Assembly (NCBI RefSeq): GCF_009914755.1
Contig: NC_060925.1
Source: the human T2T-CHM13v2.0 reference genome, Homo sapiens
Strand: one strand, 5' to 3'
Length of the DNA stretch: 64,000 nt
Of the stretch, positions 62,801 to 64,000 are shown one piece after another. Each line of letters starts with the position of its first letter. Positions within the stretch are counted from its first letter, which is position 1. The translations under genes and the position numbers were made by a program. The notes beneath the pieces are model-generated. The model ran no database searches. It had not been told where the DNA came from and worked only from the letters and a program-made list of their open reading frames with translations.

Positions 62801-63659
62801 ATTCCTGGTTGTCTTCCTCAAGGACCCAATAAGACTATGTAACAATATTTTCACACTGAAAGTGCTACTTGGATGTAAGGAGTTACTATTACTATTACCA
62901 TTACTGCAGGTAAGCGACTTCCTTGTAGCATCTCTATGCTTGTGCCTGCCAGCATTATAACTGTATGTGCATTTGCATGTTTCCAAAAATAACATTATTC
63001 AAAGAGTAAAGGCTGTCTTCTTATATCATTAAGTTAATGTTTTTCATTTAAAGTGGACTTGAGAAAGCTTTCCAAATATGTTATTAAATAACTCGAACTT
63101 CTTAACCACAGAAATATCCCCTGGGAAACCCTTAGCCCTGGGCAGCTACCATTAGGACTAGGATGGAGAAAAATGACACCAGGCATCCAAAGGGTTTCTT
63201 CAAGCCTGTTCTGTACGTGCTCCCTGATTTTTCTCCCCTGAATCACTTTCTTTGTTTCTGCAGATGGTAATCTCCCTCTACTGGGGCTATGTGGACCAAC
63301 TTGCTCCAATCCACGCATATGTTCAGGTTGACTCCTTGCTGGCTTTTAATGCCCCTTGAGCAATCAAAACTTCTCTATTTCAATTAACATTGCTTTTGAT
63401 GTTTAGGAAAAAATATTCCATCATCTATAATGTATCACCTCAAGACCTAATATTAATATTTGCTTAATTTTTTCCTCCCTAAAACAGAACACCATTCAGA
63501 CAGCACTAGTGATGGCCAAACACTATTGCTTTATGAGAACAGAAAGGAGATAGGCTATGCATAATGGGGAAGAAATGCAGACCTAAATGATAAGCAATGG
63601 AAATGTTTATCTACTTATAGTATCCCCATATTTTATTTTCATGTATATGTCCTGCAGCT

Positions 63660-63870
63660 CATTTTGCTTCCTCTGCCTGGAATGCCTTTGTTCACTTCTG
63701 CCTGCTGAACCCCAATTCATGCTTTATGACTTACATCAATAATTCACTTGTGGTTTCTTATCTAATAACTTATAACATTGATACAACTTTAATATCTATA
63801 TTTATTTTATCCTGTGAGCAAGCATTAAGTTTGTGGATCAAAGACCAGGCTTATTACTACTTACAGAAAC
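63660..63870 (+). mobile_element. L2 fragment
   Basis: ttcctctgcctggaatgccttt...ctgcctgctgaacccc. Confidence 0.5.
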
Positions 63871-64000
63871 AACTGTACTAGTTCCCTATGACATGCTGCC
63901 CCTTAGAGCAAAGTGATGAGGGCAGATGTCATGCTGTATGTACAGAGAGAGGAATTTCAAAATTCAAAATTATGAATCTGGGAATTTATGGAACCACTGG

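Overview
Primate (human or great-ape-like) genomic DNA, AT-rich and dominated by repeats, consistent with an intergenic or deep intronic region. I found no protein-coding host exon, RNA gene or CRISPR-like array. The long ORFs I can recognise are LINE-1 ORF1/ORF2 debris or Alu/LTR-derived frames. Contents: a 5.1-kb L1PA7-like element, nine Alus, many MIR/L2 relics, hAT MITEs (MER3, MER33, MER58), several solo LTRs, a complete MST MaLR provirus, three local tandem duplications and a probable MER121 ancient conserved element. The most informative structure is at 54.7-60.1 kb. A single ancestral TTTTT/AAGAAA site took an old L1MA. It was later hit by an AluS, by a twin-primed inverted L1PA2-like element carrying a ~370-bp 3' transduction of foreign DNA (target-site duplication, TSD, AGTTATTTTG), and by a second short L1PA2 with a ~65-bp transduction. 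Repeat subfamily names come from my recall of consensus sequences and were not checked by RepeatMasker or Dfam. Boundaries of old elements are approximate. I see no evidence for a wholly new biological system; the findings are unusual instances of known mechanisms plus candidate cis-regulatory elements.
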